Assembly (NCBI GenBank): GCA_964016885.1
Contig: OZ024741.1
Span: 357,554,001 to 357,618,000, forward strand
Source of the DNA: Eledone cirrhosa
Lineage: Eukaryota
DNA: 64,000 nt
Direction of reading: 5' to 3'
The position numbers were made by a program, and so were the translations under genes. How positions within the stretch are numbered: the first letter of the stretch is position 1; each line of letters opens with the position of its first letter. Below, piece after piece: positions 39,321 through 51,727 of the stretch. Below the pieces are notes generated by a model. The model saw only the letters and a list, made by a program, of their open reading frames with translations. It ran no database searches and was not told where the DNA came from.

Positions 39321-42300
39321 TTCTGTGGATTCATAGGCTGGAGCCAAATCAACCCATCCTAGGTGAACAAATATTAGACCTTCCCTCTTACTCAACATAT
39401 TTATGGCTTACTGCCCAAATCAACAAATTGTTTTACTTTTCACTTGATTTATTTTGCTAATGTCTTTAGGAAAGCCACAATTATTACAACTTCCTACTCA
39501 CTAGAATGTTAAGATCTACTTGTATTATCAAGTTTTCTCTTAACCCTTTAGCATTTAAGTCAGCCTTTTCTGGCCAAACTGGCTGCTCATACTGAAATTA
39601 AGGTATTCTCAAAATAAATATCAAAATCTCATAGATTCGATATTATGTGAGATAATAAAATACAATAGTATATATAAAGTAATGTAAAGGCTGATTTAAA
39701 AAAAAATCCCTTCTGTTACATTCCTGGCAAATAAAATCCTTTTATTATATTTCTAATAAGACACTACCTATATATTTCAATTAATTTTGAAAATTACCAA
39801 GAATTTGAAGGAATTTAAATAAAATAGCTAAACTTTTCATTATCAAATTGGAGCCATACTTAATTTTGATTGAAGCAGAGTGCTTTCAGGTGGGCTAGTA
39901 GCAGGTTTTGAAACATTTTTCATCCAATCAGAATAAGAAGGAAACTTTACTACAGAGGGGGTATCAATTATCTCAAACAATTCACTATACACTATGCTTT
40001 TATCATGTATGAGTGCCATTAGCCATTGAGTTGTAATGGTATGAGTTAAGGAGTTTGAAATTATATAATGAATTCAGGGTAAAGAAAATTGGTAGTCTCA
40101 TTTCTCTCAGTGCAACACTCATAGGGGGAATAATTGAGCTCAACACCATATTCTTGGTAAAACATTCATTGATTAAAGTACATTTTGCTACTTACAATGG
40201 TGACTTGTACCATCCATAATACTTTTTTTTCACAGCTTGCTGATCTAGGTTAAGAGTTGAAGTGAAGTGTTGTTTAGTCATGGACACAACACCTGCCAGT
40301 ATCTAGATGGTCAAAAATCCAACACCCTATCAACTTGGTCAGCTGTGGCTCTCATTCTTAATTTATATTCATGAGCTGTGGTTTGTTAGAATCGTTAAGG
40401 AGTCCGACAAAATGCCTTACAGTATTTCTTTTAGCTGAGCCCTAATCCCACCTAAGTCAACTTTGCCTTTCATCCTTCTGGTGTTGGTAAAGTACCAGTC
40501 AAGTAGTGAGGTCTGTGTAATTGATTTATCCCTTCCCATCAAATTGCTGGCAATGTGCCTAAATTAGAACCCATTATGCCCATGAGCAAAACAACTACTT
40601 TATTTGTCTTGGATCAGTGAGTTTATATAAAAATAACAACCATTTTTATATTTTATAATGTTTAGAAAACAGCTGAGTTGATAGGGGCGTTCTGGACAGC
40701 TAACTAACTAGCTGAGAGGTCAGCAGTTCATATCCTGTCATGTTGTGTCTGTGACCAAAAACACTTGACTTTCAAATGGCACAGTCCACTTATCTGTGTG
40801 TAGGTATCATGGTTGGAGCAATTTGCCTCTGTAGGAGGCAACAGCAATAGTAACTATACTGCTATGAAACTTAAAGTGTTTCATTAGATTGCTGCAGTTT
40901 TAACTCTTCCTGTCAGCATAGCTTGAAAATAATGAATTCCACCATATTGACTTGTTCTAGATTCACAACAGGAAGATGAAATCTTGGCATTTAGAAATAT
41001 TTTACCAGTAGCTGTAAACTATATTATTTTTGTATTCTTTAATTCTTAACATCCTGTAATGATGTAGTAGACAGTGTCTAACAATGGGTTTGTTAATGCA
41101 AATGTTTATCGCAACTTTACTTGTGGACAGACCATTAAAGGCAATTAGTAACAAACACTACCATACATACATCACAAAGCAACATTTTTATCAGCTATTT
41201 ATTCTTCAACTAAATTATTGATATTTACTACGTTTTTATGTGGCACAGGATGTTAAGAGTTAGCATAGTCACAGTCCAATGACGGAAACCAGTTGAGTCA
41301 CTGCCTTCAAGGGTTTAGTTGATTGTCAACCCCAGTGTTTATTTCATCAACCTCTATTTGTTGAACTGCTAAATTACAAGACATAAATGAACAGCATTGG
41401 TTGTTAATTCAAATCCTACTGAAGTGAGTTTTGTCATTCATCTTTCTGGGATCAATCGAATAGTGAACTGGCAGAATTGTTAGAGCATCAGACACAGATG
41501 ACTTGCAGTATTTGTTCCAGTACTGTGCATTCTGAGTATAAATCCAGCTGTGAATTACTTGGGTGGTAGTGTTAATCAGTTGCCCCTGTTTAACATTACC
41601 ATCTAGTACTTTCATACTGTTAGCAGAATCTGCTCTGTTGTAAATATTTGGACCAGGATTCTCATTTGAGAAGGCCTTCCTCCCACCCTTCTTGACTAAA
41701 CAATGTAGAAAAGAAAAAGAAAATGATTTTAAAATATAACCTGAATCACCAGTGGGAATGTTGGCTAAATTTGGTTATCTATTGAAATATAAATAGCACC
41801 AATGATAGCAGATTTCAGGAAAATATAGTGATATAAAAGTAGTTACAAGAACGTGACCAGAAAATTCTTGTCAAACAGAATGTAAATGTTATTTATCTGA
41901 AAACATTCCATTTGTAGAACATTGGGTCTTACTGATAAGATGAGGCTGATTTAATTAACCCTTCTGATTCCAAACTGCCTGGAACTGTCTTGGTTTCTAT
42001 GATACAAATCTGTTTGTTTTAAAGTTTCTATATTTAAATTTAAACTATCCATCATATTTCTATGTAAGAAAAATGTTGCTATGTTTCAAATACTATGTTT
42101 CAAATATATCTGTATTTAATCATATATTTTCCCTTGCTAGTATAGTTGCTAGAATAAAGTCTTGTGTTGCCATAAAGCAGTATTATTCATATTACTGCAA
42201 TGAAACTGCTTTTTATGTTTGGACTGTTATTAAGATAAAATATACTTTGTCTATCAAATTTTATAATAAATGACTTAAAGTTTATAAAATGTTAACATAT

Positions 42301-42355
42301 AAAAGAAGTGAAAATGTGGTTGACTTGTGTAGTTTCTTTTCTAAAAATATGAAAA

Positions 42356-42562
42356 TTTGAAATGTGAGAGTCCCAAATGTCATAACTGCAATAACTGTCG
42401 ATCATAGTCAGTAGTTGAGAAAATTGGGTATACCCTTAGATATGGGAGAAGGCCACTTTTTTCCTATCACTAAAGGTAATTTATCCAATTTCCTCAACCA
42501 TTGTCTATGGTGATCAACTGTTATTAGTTATTTTCTACATTTGAGAGTCTCGCATTCCAAAC
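42356..42562. mobile_element. Degenerate hairpin MITE
   Basis: TTTGAAATGTGAGAGTCCCAAATGT...GTTGAGAAAATTGGGTA pairs imperfectly with TATCCAATTTCCTCAAC...ACATTTGAGAGTCTCGCATTCCAAA. Confidence 0.55.
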
Positions 42563-43217
42563 ACTCCCAGAACTTTGATAATTCATGAGGTTCATTTTTC
42601 TAAAAATACTTTTTTATGCATCACCAAGAAATGGCCAATAAATCACTAAAACAGAATGGATCGGTGGAGAGTCAAGACAGCAAATTCAATGAGTTTTTGT
42701 GAATTTGAGGATAGTCCTTTTCCATGCTAATAAGAAGGATGGAATGGTTCAATAAATTTGTTGGAGTAGTTCTTTCATGGTTGAATAATCTTCTTCATAT
42801 CAACTATTCCACATTGAAGTGACTTAAGCAAAAAGAATTGTGTGATAGCCTGTGTAATGAAATATCACATTGCTTATGGAAAATACAAGAAATTAATTAA
42901 AACAAAAACCACACATTTAGAAATTTAGAATTTTCTCTAAAATTATTGATGTCAAATAAAGAAATTGAAGTTTATGAAATTAAAGTATATAAAGAAAAAT
43001 TTAAAGAAATGTGATAGTTGAATGCTTAACCCTTTTGTTACCCTATTTCTAATGAAAGACAGTGCATATGATTTCCAAATGCTTTTAAAAATCCTCAATT
43101 TGGAGGGATCTAGTATTGTAATTTTCTCAGTATTAAGTTGGTGTTTAGAGCAGAACTTTACAAAGGTTCTTACCTAAAATCATAATGGAAGGTTTTTAGA
43201 AAAATTGTATATAAGAA

Positions 43218-43485
43218 GAATCAGATGTAGTATGCAAAAGAGAAGATTGCATTGGTATGAATAAGTGGTGGATATGAATGATGGTCACTGGGTAAAGAAG
43301 TACCAGAAAATTCCAGTGGAAGGAAGCTGCAGTAGAGGAAGATCAAGGAAATTACAGCTGATCTCAAAACACTGATCCTCATAGAGATGGCAAAGGAACA
43401 TAACAAGTGGAGGCAGACAGTGCTAGGAAGGACCTGTCTAATCCGTTCAAGCATAGAAAAGTGGGTGTAAAATGATAATGGTGAT
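43218..43485 (+). mobile_element. Decayed RTE 3' end
   Basis: RRLHWY...EMAKEHNKWRQ followed by the AAAAGTGGGTGTAAAATGAT tail variant. Confidence 0.6.
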
Positions 43486-44210
43486 AAACACTTTAAAATA
43501 AATAGGAACAAGTTCAGTTTGGTACCAAAAAACACTAGGTTAATTCTATAACTCTAAATGTATGTGTGCATAAGAGAATTGCTTGCTTCACTTGATATTA
43601 TCACGGAGTTGAATCACTTCATATGATTGGGCAAGAATACTCTGGCTATTCAAAGCAGCAGTAATTTGTGATATAAAATATGATAGGAAGATAAGAAATG
43701 GTCAAAATTACAAATCTCTTCTTTCTCATTATATTTGTCAAGTAGTTAAGATTTTCTTGTGATTTCCAGTTTAAAGTTTTCAACACATCCCTTTTTTTTT
43801 TTTTATTCAGTTTGTCCATTCTCTGGTAATCAAGTAAATTACTTAACTTTTTCATTACCAAATAAATCTATTAACCTTTTTGTTATATTTCTACTATTGA
43901 ACTTAGCACTGCAAATTACTTATCAATTTTATAAGTAATTACATGTAAGTTTTAAAAGTAGGTAGTGATTAGGCAGTCATTAGATTGTTGGATAAAGTAT
44001 CTTGTAATATTTGTTCCGGTACTCTATGCTCTGAGTTCAAATCCCACCACAGTCAACTTTGGGGTTGATAAAATAAGGTACCGGTCTATGTAATTGGATT
44101 TGCAGAACTATTACAGCTGTATCTGTTCCGGCACTTTGCATTCCGAGTTCAAATTCTGCCTAAATATCCAAATCCTACCACTGGCCAGGGCTAATTAACT
44201 CAAGGGCAGG

Positions 44211-44440
44211 ACCACAACTGATTATGAAAGCTGTAATGGATAGAAGATTGGGGCTGTCTCTTATGGTAATCAAACATTGATGAGGATATTACAGGGCTTA
44301 TCACAAAACCACAACTGATTATGAAAGCTGTAATGGATGCAGGAGGATTGTGTCTATTTACTACTGCAGTTGAATAATCATGATACAGGGATAATCACCA
44401 GACCATGGTACCATAACTGATTATGAAAGCTGCAGTGGGT
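44211..44440. repeat. Degenerate ~100-bp tandem repeat with conserved ~30-nt core, three copies
   Basis: ACCAYAACTGATTATGAAAGCTG at 44211, 44308 and 44410. Confidence 0.8.
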
Positions 44441-46063
44441 GGAGGGACATTGCTAATGTTGTTGGTGATGATGATGAACACTTGTCAGGTTTATAGCACT
44501 GAGTTTGTGTACAGTGACAAAATGTTCCTCTACTGCAATGTCTATTAAATAAATTAGTGGGATTTGCTATCTGAAAGTTAAGTGGCTTAGGTCACATACA
44601 TAAGAGTGCCAGTAACAAAATATTAACTTCTTTTTATTTCTACATCAAAATAGCTTCAGTTCCATATTTCTAATGAAAGATGCTGTCTATAATTTTCAAT
44701 TCATTTCGAAAATGATAAATTTTGAAAGGTTTACATTAGTCCACATTTGTAAAGCTGTAAGGTAGAACTTAATACATGGAAGGTAATGTGATACCATCAT
44801 CATTATCACCATTTAATGTCTATTTTCCATACTGCATGAGCTAGATTGTTTGTCATATACTGAGGTTAGGCTAGTCAGGAGACCATGTCTTGATTGTGTG
44901 CTCTATTTTTAACTTGGCTCCTATGGCTGAGTGCCCTTTCTAACATCAACTAGTGGAAACATTTTATCATGACTCTGGCTTTACCACCTTACTGGATAGG
45001 ATGGAGACTCCTCAAACTGGAGTTTATCTTGGTTTCGTGTGGTGTAAAGTAACTGAAAGCACCCCTCCCCCATCCCAGAGATAGTACCTAGTACATCACT
45101 GAAGTTGGTATTCATTTTCAGGTGTGTTACTGGAATGATGTGAAATAAATTGTTTTGTCTATGAAGACAATGCACTGCCCAGTCTGGAAATCTAACCCAT
45201 GACATTACAATCAGGAGCTCAACACCCTAACCACTAGGCTACTTGCCTTCAGTGGTATAGGTAAAGCAATTGCTCTATTTGCCTATATGCTTAAATGGAA
45301 AACGTATCAGTTGACTGATTTAATTTTAATACTGTTGTACTAATGGCAAACAGTTTGTATCTCTGTTTTTAGAATAGGTACACCATATTCTTACATGTTG
45401 GGTTGGAAAGGCATAAAACACTGCTTCAAAAAGCCACCCCCAACCCATGCCAGCATGAAAAAGCAGCCATAAAAACAATAGCAACATAGTTACACTGTCG
45501 CTCTAATGATTTTCTAAGTGTTTGCATTTGTTGAAATATCCAGTGTATGCTAGTCTGCCTAAAAAACAATAATTGATGTAGATGTAGACTAATGAAGAGG
45601 AGAACAGAAGCAGGATTTTGAAAAGCTTTCTTTCAGAAAGAGAAAAAAGCTAGCAGCTATAGAGATGGTAATTAGCTATCCAACTAATATCAATATTGAG
45701 AAAAATAATGCTAAATCACAGGCAACAACTACATTAACAGCAATAATAATAATGATTTCTACTATAGTCATAAGGCCAGCAATTTGGAGGAGCAGGGAAA
45801 GTTGATTAACCCTTTAACATTTAAACTGGCTATATCCGGCCAGAATTCTCTCACCTCTTTCTGTTTAAACCAATTGTAACTTGTTACTCATACTGATGTA
45901 AAGGTATTGTTTTCAAAATAAATATCAAAATCTCATAGATTATGTGAGATAAAGTCTTTACTGCAAAAATACAAAAGTGTGTGTGTGACCAGTGTATATA
46001 GATCAGACACCCACGTATATATATACACACACACACATATATATATGTACACACACGCACATT

Positions 46064-46094
<31 letters not shown>

Positions 46095-46469
46095 ATATAT
46101 ATATGGGCCTTCCAGTTTCATTTCACATTATATACATGTCTGTGTACATTTTAATTATTTAAAAATTATTTTAAAATAATATATTGAAGTGAACGTGACC
46201 CAACAGGTGGTCTAGTATATAATATAGATGACAGTAGTACATGCATATGTAAACAATTGGAAATATTTTAATTATCAATTATTAACACCATTATTATTTT
46301 TGGTATGGTGAGAGAAGCCCTATGCGCACTAAAATCCTCAATTCAACAGGAGTTTAAAACAGATGAATAATTCATTGAAAGTTAAAGTTCTTGCTGTTGA
46401 GGACAGTTCACGTAGTGGAGCATTAATATTCAATATGACAAAGGACCAAGGTTAACAACTTAAATTCAT

Positions 46470-46598
46470 TCTTTAATTTATACGTCTGTTTCAATACAGT
46501 TCCAATGGTACATGCGTATGTAAACAATTGGAAATAATTAATTAGAAATTATTAACACCATACATAATACATATAACTGCATTTCTTCAGGAAAATGT
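46470..46598 (-). ncRNA. Hammerhead-like motif with ~75-nt insertion in stem II
   Basis: CTGAAGA (46590-46584), stem II AATGCAGTT/AACTGTATT, GAAA (46492-46489), CAGAC-GTA; stem I imperfect. Confidence 0.45.
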
Positions 46599-47108
46599 GA
46601 GAAGGGACAATGTTTACTAAGTTCAAACAGTATCAAGAATAGATTTTATATCAAACACTGAGCCTAAAGCAAGCAATTAGATATAAAAAAACATATTTTG
46701 TGCATGGAGTTGTTTGAACGTGCAAAATTATAGGTTGAAGTACAAAGCTAGTACTATTACTATTTACAGTGCTATTATTTATTTTTCCTTATACAGTTAG
46801 AATAATATTTGTTGTTAGATTTTCAGGAGTGGAAAATATTTAAGAGGTAGCAGTGAATAGGTTGAGGTAAAAAAAAAAAAGCATTACTTTACTATTATTT
46901 ATAATGTTATTGTTAATTTTCATTATACAGTTACAATAATATTCGTTGTTAGATTTGTAGGAATGGAAATTATTTAAGCTAAAGTAAACAGTTGGCATTT
47001 CTCATAAACAAAGAAAAAAAAAAAAAATATATATATATACTCTTTTACCTGTTTCAGCCATCCGGCTGAGGCCATGCTGGGGCACCGCCCTTGATATATG
47101 TATATATA

Positions 47109-47515
47109 CAATATATTAGTAAGTGGAAACTATATTTATAAAACCGTAATTATTTTATTATATATATTTCAAGGGCGACCAAGCCAATCTTGGTGCGCTT
47201 TCATCAGATAAAATACAAAATTTGTTTTATAAATAGTGACATAATCATGGAAAACAACCTTGACGGTTGAAAATTTGCTGGATATCTAGCGAATTTTCAA
47301 CCGTCAAGGTTGTTTTCCATGGTTATGCCACTATTTATAAAACAAAGTGAAACAAGATTGGCTTGGTCACCCTTGAAATATATATATATAATAAAATAAA
47401 TATAGTTTCCTCTTATTAATATATTGAATATTTACTCCAGTAACTGTTGAGTGCTCTATATCAGTTATAAACATTTAAGTTTGTTGGAATCCCAACAAAT
47501 TAAATATAACTTCTA
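47109..47515. mobile_element. Fold-back PLE-derived element A3
   Basis: Palindrome centred GAT|ATC (47283/47284); arms 47109-47283 and 47284-47426 (right arm has deletions including the CTGATGA core); minus-strand hammerhead CTGATGA 47207-47201, GAAA 47170-47167; tail 47427-47515. Confidence 0.85.
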
Positions 47516-47779
47516 CATATACACGCACGCACGCGCGTATTAACTTATCTGTGATTGTGTGTATGTATGTCGGTATATGTGTCAGCAACATTACATCACA
47601 AATACTTTCTCAGCATCATCTAGACTAAACATCTATTTAGTCCTTGGACACCACTTTTACCTTCGTTCTCTGCCACCATTGAATCCAACACATTCATGCC
47701 ATAGATGTGTCCAGTAGGCAACACCATTGGTGGGTTGTTCTCATTTAATGGAAGACGAGATGTTACAGATTAATCAAGA

Positions 47780-48200
47780 GTTGGCACAATGGGCAAACAG
47801 AAGGAGCCGTGCCAGTTTGTTGAGATGCTTCCTACACACTGGACAGTCACTTCTTCTGGTTTGTAACATAAGGGAGTTTTGAGAGCAGATACATTAGCTT
47901 GAAGACTAGCTATAAAGACAGTTATGTTGTTCAACTGATGTAGTTTGTGGTTCTTCTCTGAACTTTTGTTTGGACCGAGAAGTTCCTTGTATGGACTAAT
48001 ACGAGTATCAGATGAAAAAGCTAACTTCATACTTTTCTGTACTGACATGTTTATCACTTCCAATCTCTATATATTCTTGTTGATGAAATTTAAGTTCCAA
48101 TGTACTCATTAATTTCATTAGTTTGAATTTGTTGTCATGGAACCAAGATAAAGAAAATCTCTTTCCTTAGAAATGATTCCTCCACTTCTTTCTAATTCAA
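47780..48200 (-). mobile_element. Highly decayed LINE RT fragment
   Basis: Minus strand has ERDFLYLGSMTTNS..NEINEYIG near 48090-48170. Confidence 0.4.
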
Positions 48201-49511
48201 CTCTTGTTGTTGAATGGTGACTTTCAGTGGCAGGTTTCAATAAAGTGGAGCAATTTCAGTGGATCACAGATAGAGTTGTTGCATCGGAAAATTTGTGTCA
48301 CACTGCAGCCAAGAACAGGGGGGGGGGTCAATGAGACGAACAGACATACAGCAGTAGTGGTGGTGGTAGTGTTGAAGCATCTATAGTGGAGGTGGGGGTA
48401 TGTTCCTACCAGTTTTGGCAGTTTTTTTTCTAAAGGTTTGGTGTCTTTTGTGTAAATTTCAGTAAATAACTAGATCGAATTCTTGGAGAGTTAGAGTTAT
48501 CATTCAAAGTTACTATTCTATGATAAACTATGCTTTGTATGTTTGATCATATGCAACATTTGGCTTTTAAATACTGTTAAAATTAATTTTATCACAAAGC
48601 TTTCAAAAGATGCTTCAAAACCAATTTAAACCCTAACTATTTCAATTTTTAATGTGATGAAGTCATAAAATTATGATGAAAGGGTTTTAGGTAACTTCCA
48701 TGCGTTCTCTTGGGGATCCAGCTGGATCAGTTGGAAATAGTTGCTTCTGGCAGGACCCACTGGAAGGAGTGTTTGAGGACTGTCCCACGACCCTCTCAGG
48801 AATAAGTGGATGAAAAATCAGCATTTTAGAGAAAACAATGTATTGTAGAACCAGGATGATTTTAAGTAGTTTGGTATCAAAATGGTTACAATTCTACCTA
48901 AATTTGAATTAATTAATGTTATCTTAAGTAGTATGTTGAAGATACATTGAGATGAAAACTACTATGTAATTAATTACTGACTATTATATTAACCCTGTGC
49001 AGGCGCGTGGCTTTCTGGTTAAGGTATCCTGGCACGTTATGTCCTTGAGCAAGACACTTTATTTCACATTGCTCCAGTTCACTCAGCTAGCAAAAATGAG
49101 TTGTACTTGTAATTTGAAGAGCTAGCCGTGTCACGTTTGATGTCATGCTGAATATCCCAGAGAACTATGTTACGGGTACACATGTCTGCAATGCTCAGCC
49201 ACTTGCACATTAATTTCATTTTTAGAATATTCGTCGTCGTAACCGATGGAGTGCCTCCTATTATATTAACCTGCCTCTATTAAAGTGTTCAAGTTTAAAT
49301 TTAAACCTTGAACTGAAATCTCATTACATAAGATATTAGATTTCTGTGGTTAAGTATTTGTTTTTACTTGAAAGTTAGACATTTCACTAAACCTCTCATA
49401 ATTGTTATTTTAATGAATTTTGTTAGAAATATGGAAACGAAAGGGTTAAAAATTGTCAAATAATAATTTTCAATTTGCAAAGACTACATGGAAAAACAGT
49501 TGTTGCTAGAG

Positions 49512-49910
49512 AGGTAGTTTGGCAGAATTGCTAGAGCAATGGATAAAATGTTTTGCAACATTTGTTCCTGCTCATTACATTCTGGGTTTAAATCCTGCTG
49601 AGGTAAACTTTACCTTTCATCCTTCCAGAGTCAATAAAATAAAGTACCAGTTAAATACTGGGTCAATATAATTGACTTTTCCCTCCCCACAAACTGCAGG
49701 CCTTTTGTCTAGAATAGAAATCTAGACGGTGGATTGGCAGTATCGGTAGAGGGTCGGATGCCATGGTTTCCAGCATAGTTACGTCCCTTTACGATCTGAG
49801 TTCAAATCCCGCCGAGGTTGACTTTGCCTTTCATCCTTACGGGGTCAATAAAATAAAGTACCAGTAATGCACTGGGTATTTGCTGGCCTTGTGCCTAAAG
49901 TAGAAACAAT
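49512..49910 (+). mobile_element. Two tandem S1 SINEs (old then young)
   Basis: Heads at about 49512 and 49727; both have ACTTTRCCTTTCATCCTT...AATAAAATAAAGTACCAG. Confidence 0.8.
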
Positions 49911-50893
49911 TATTTTGTCATTCCTAGGACTATAGATTAGCAGTTGCTGGAGTGTCAGAAAAATGCTTAGAAGTATCTGTTCCAGCTCTTTATCTTTTTG
50001 GAGTTAAAAAAAAGTAACTGACTTACCTCTTATCACAAATTGCAGGCCTTGTTCCTAAATTAGAAATTATTATTTTGGTATTTCACTGTCTTCATTTATT
50101 TCAAAACCTGATAGGATTGATCTTTGCTGTCATCATTCAGAGGTTGATAAAACATGTTTTTATTTGAAATGGCTAGAAAAAAATTCCAGAAGTTTATAAT
50201 TTTAGGAATAAATGTTTGGATTTTGTGTGTTTGTGAGTGGTTTTATCGAATCAGGTTGAGGAAGATATTAGGTCAGATGAGATATTTGGAAGTGAGACAT
50301 GTTAGGAAATGTGAGTAGAAAAATTTGGGAAATCAAATGAGATTTGGTTTAGGGCTGTATACAGCTTGCCAGTTCAGGGAAGGGGGGACTCTTGTAGTAA
50401 TGCTAGAAGAAACTGAAGGTGGGGGATACAGTGTTGGTGAGCACATGGTTACAGTAACTTAGTGAAAGTCCTTTGAGAACTATATCTTTTTCTATTTTAT
50501 TTATTTAATCAATTTTAACCTCTGTGTACAGCTGGTAAGCCATGACAGACTAGGAAAGGTATCTAATACTTATAATTAAGAAACAAGAGAGAATTGGGGG
50601 TGAAAAGGGGGAAAATGAGCACAGTATAGAATGGTATCTGTGTCAGATACCAGAGAAGTATTCTAGTTTGAATGAACTTGTACCATAGAGGGTCAGCAGA
50701 TATTTAGAGGTTGAAGCAATTCCGAGTATGTTATAAATATGGTTATCTTGAATCATCATCATTGATGGTGAGAGGTTTAATATTTATAAAGGTTTTGATT
50801 GTGAATTGTTCATGGATAGAGACAACGTAGTGTTATGCTTTCTCTTCATAATGTACATGCATGCATGCATGTCTGCATGGTCATTAATGATGA

Positions 50894-50928
<35 letters not shown>

Positions 50929-51169
50929 CTGGAGCTATAGCAACAAAGCACCCAATTCACAATGCCTCTAAGATGGTTGTGTTGGTGACACAACAAAAAA
51001 GTACCCAGTTCACACTTTGTTGGGAACATCCAGGTGTAGAAATCAAGCCAAAATACAGATCTGTATGCGCATAACATGTTCTCCGGACCTGACTTGTCTC
51101 ATAACGTGACAACCCTTCTAACCCATGCAAGCATGGAAAAATGGACGTTAAACAATGACGACGACAACA

Positions 51170-51693
51170 TTTATATATTTATATATAGATATATTTATAT
51201 ATTTATATTTATATATATATTTTTATATTTATTTATATATATTTATATTTATTTATATATATTTATATTTATTTATATATATATTTATTTATATATATAT
51301 ATATTTATATATATATATATTTATTTATTTTTATATTTATTTATATATATATTTTTATATTTATTTATATATATATATTTATATATTTATATTTATATAT
51401 TTATATATTTTTATATATATATTTATATATATATTTATATATATATTTATATATATATTTATATATATATTTATATATTTATATATATATTTATATTTAT
51501 ATATATATAAATATATATATTTATATATATATTTATATTTATTTATATTTATATATTTATATATATATTTATATTTATATATATATAAATATATATATTT
51601 ATATATATATTTATATTTATTTATATTTTTATATTTATATATTTATATTTATATATTTATATATATTTATATATTTATATTTATATATATATT

Positions 51694-51727
<34 letters not shown>
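51170..51727. repeat. (TA)/(TTTA) compound microsatellite
   Basis: Direct inspection; a similar tract lies at 53937-54500. Confidence 0.95.

Noticed and set aside
47770-48063. 97-aa ORF as a host exon
   Set aside because: No recognisable domain; adjacent FLYLGS motif points to decayed LINE
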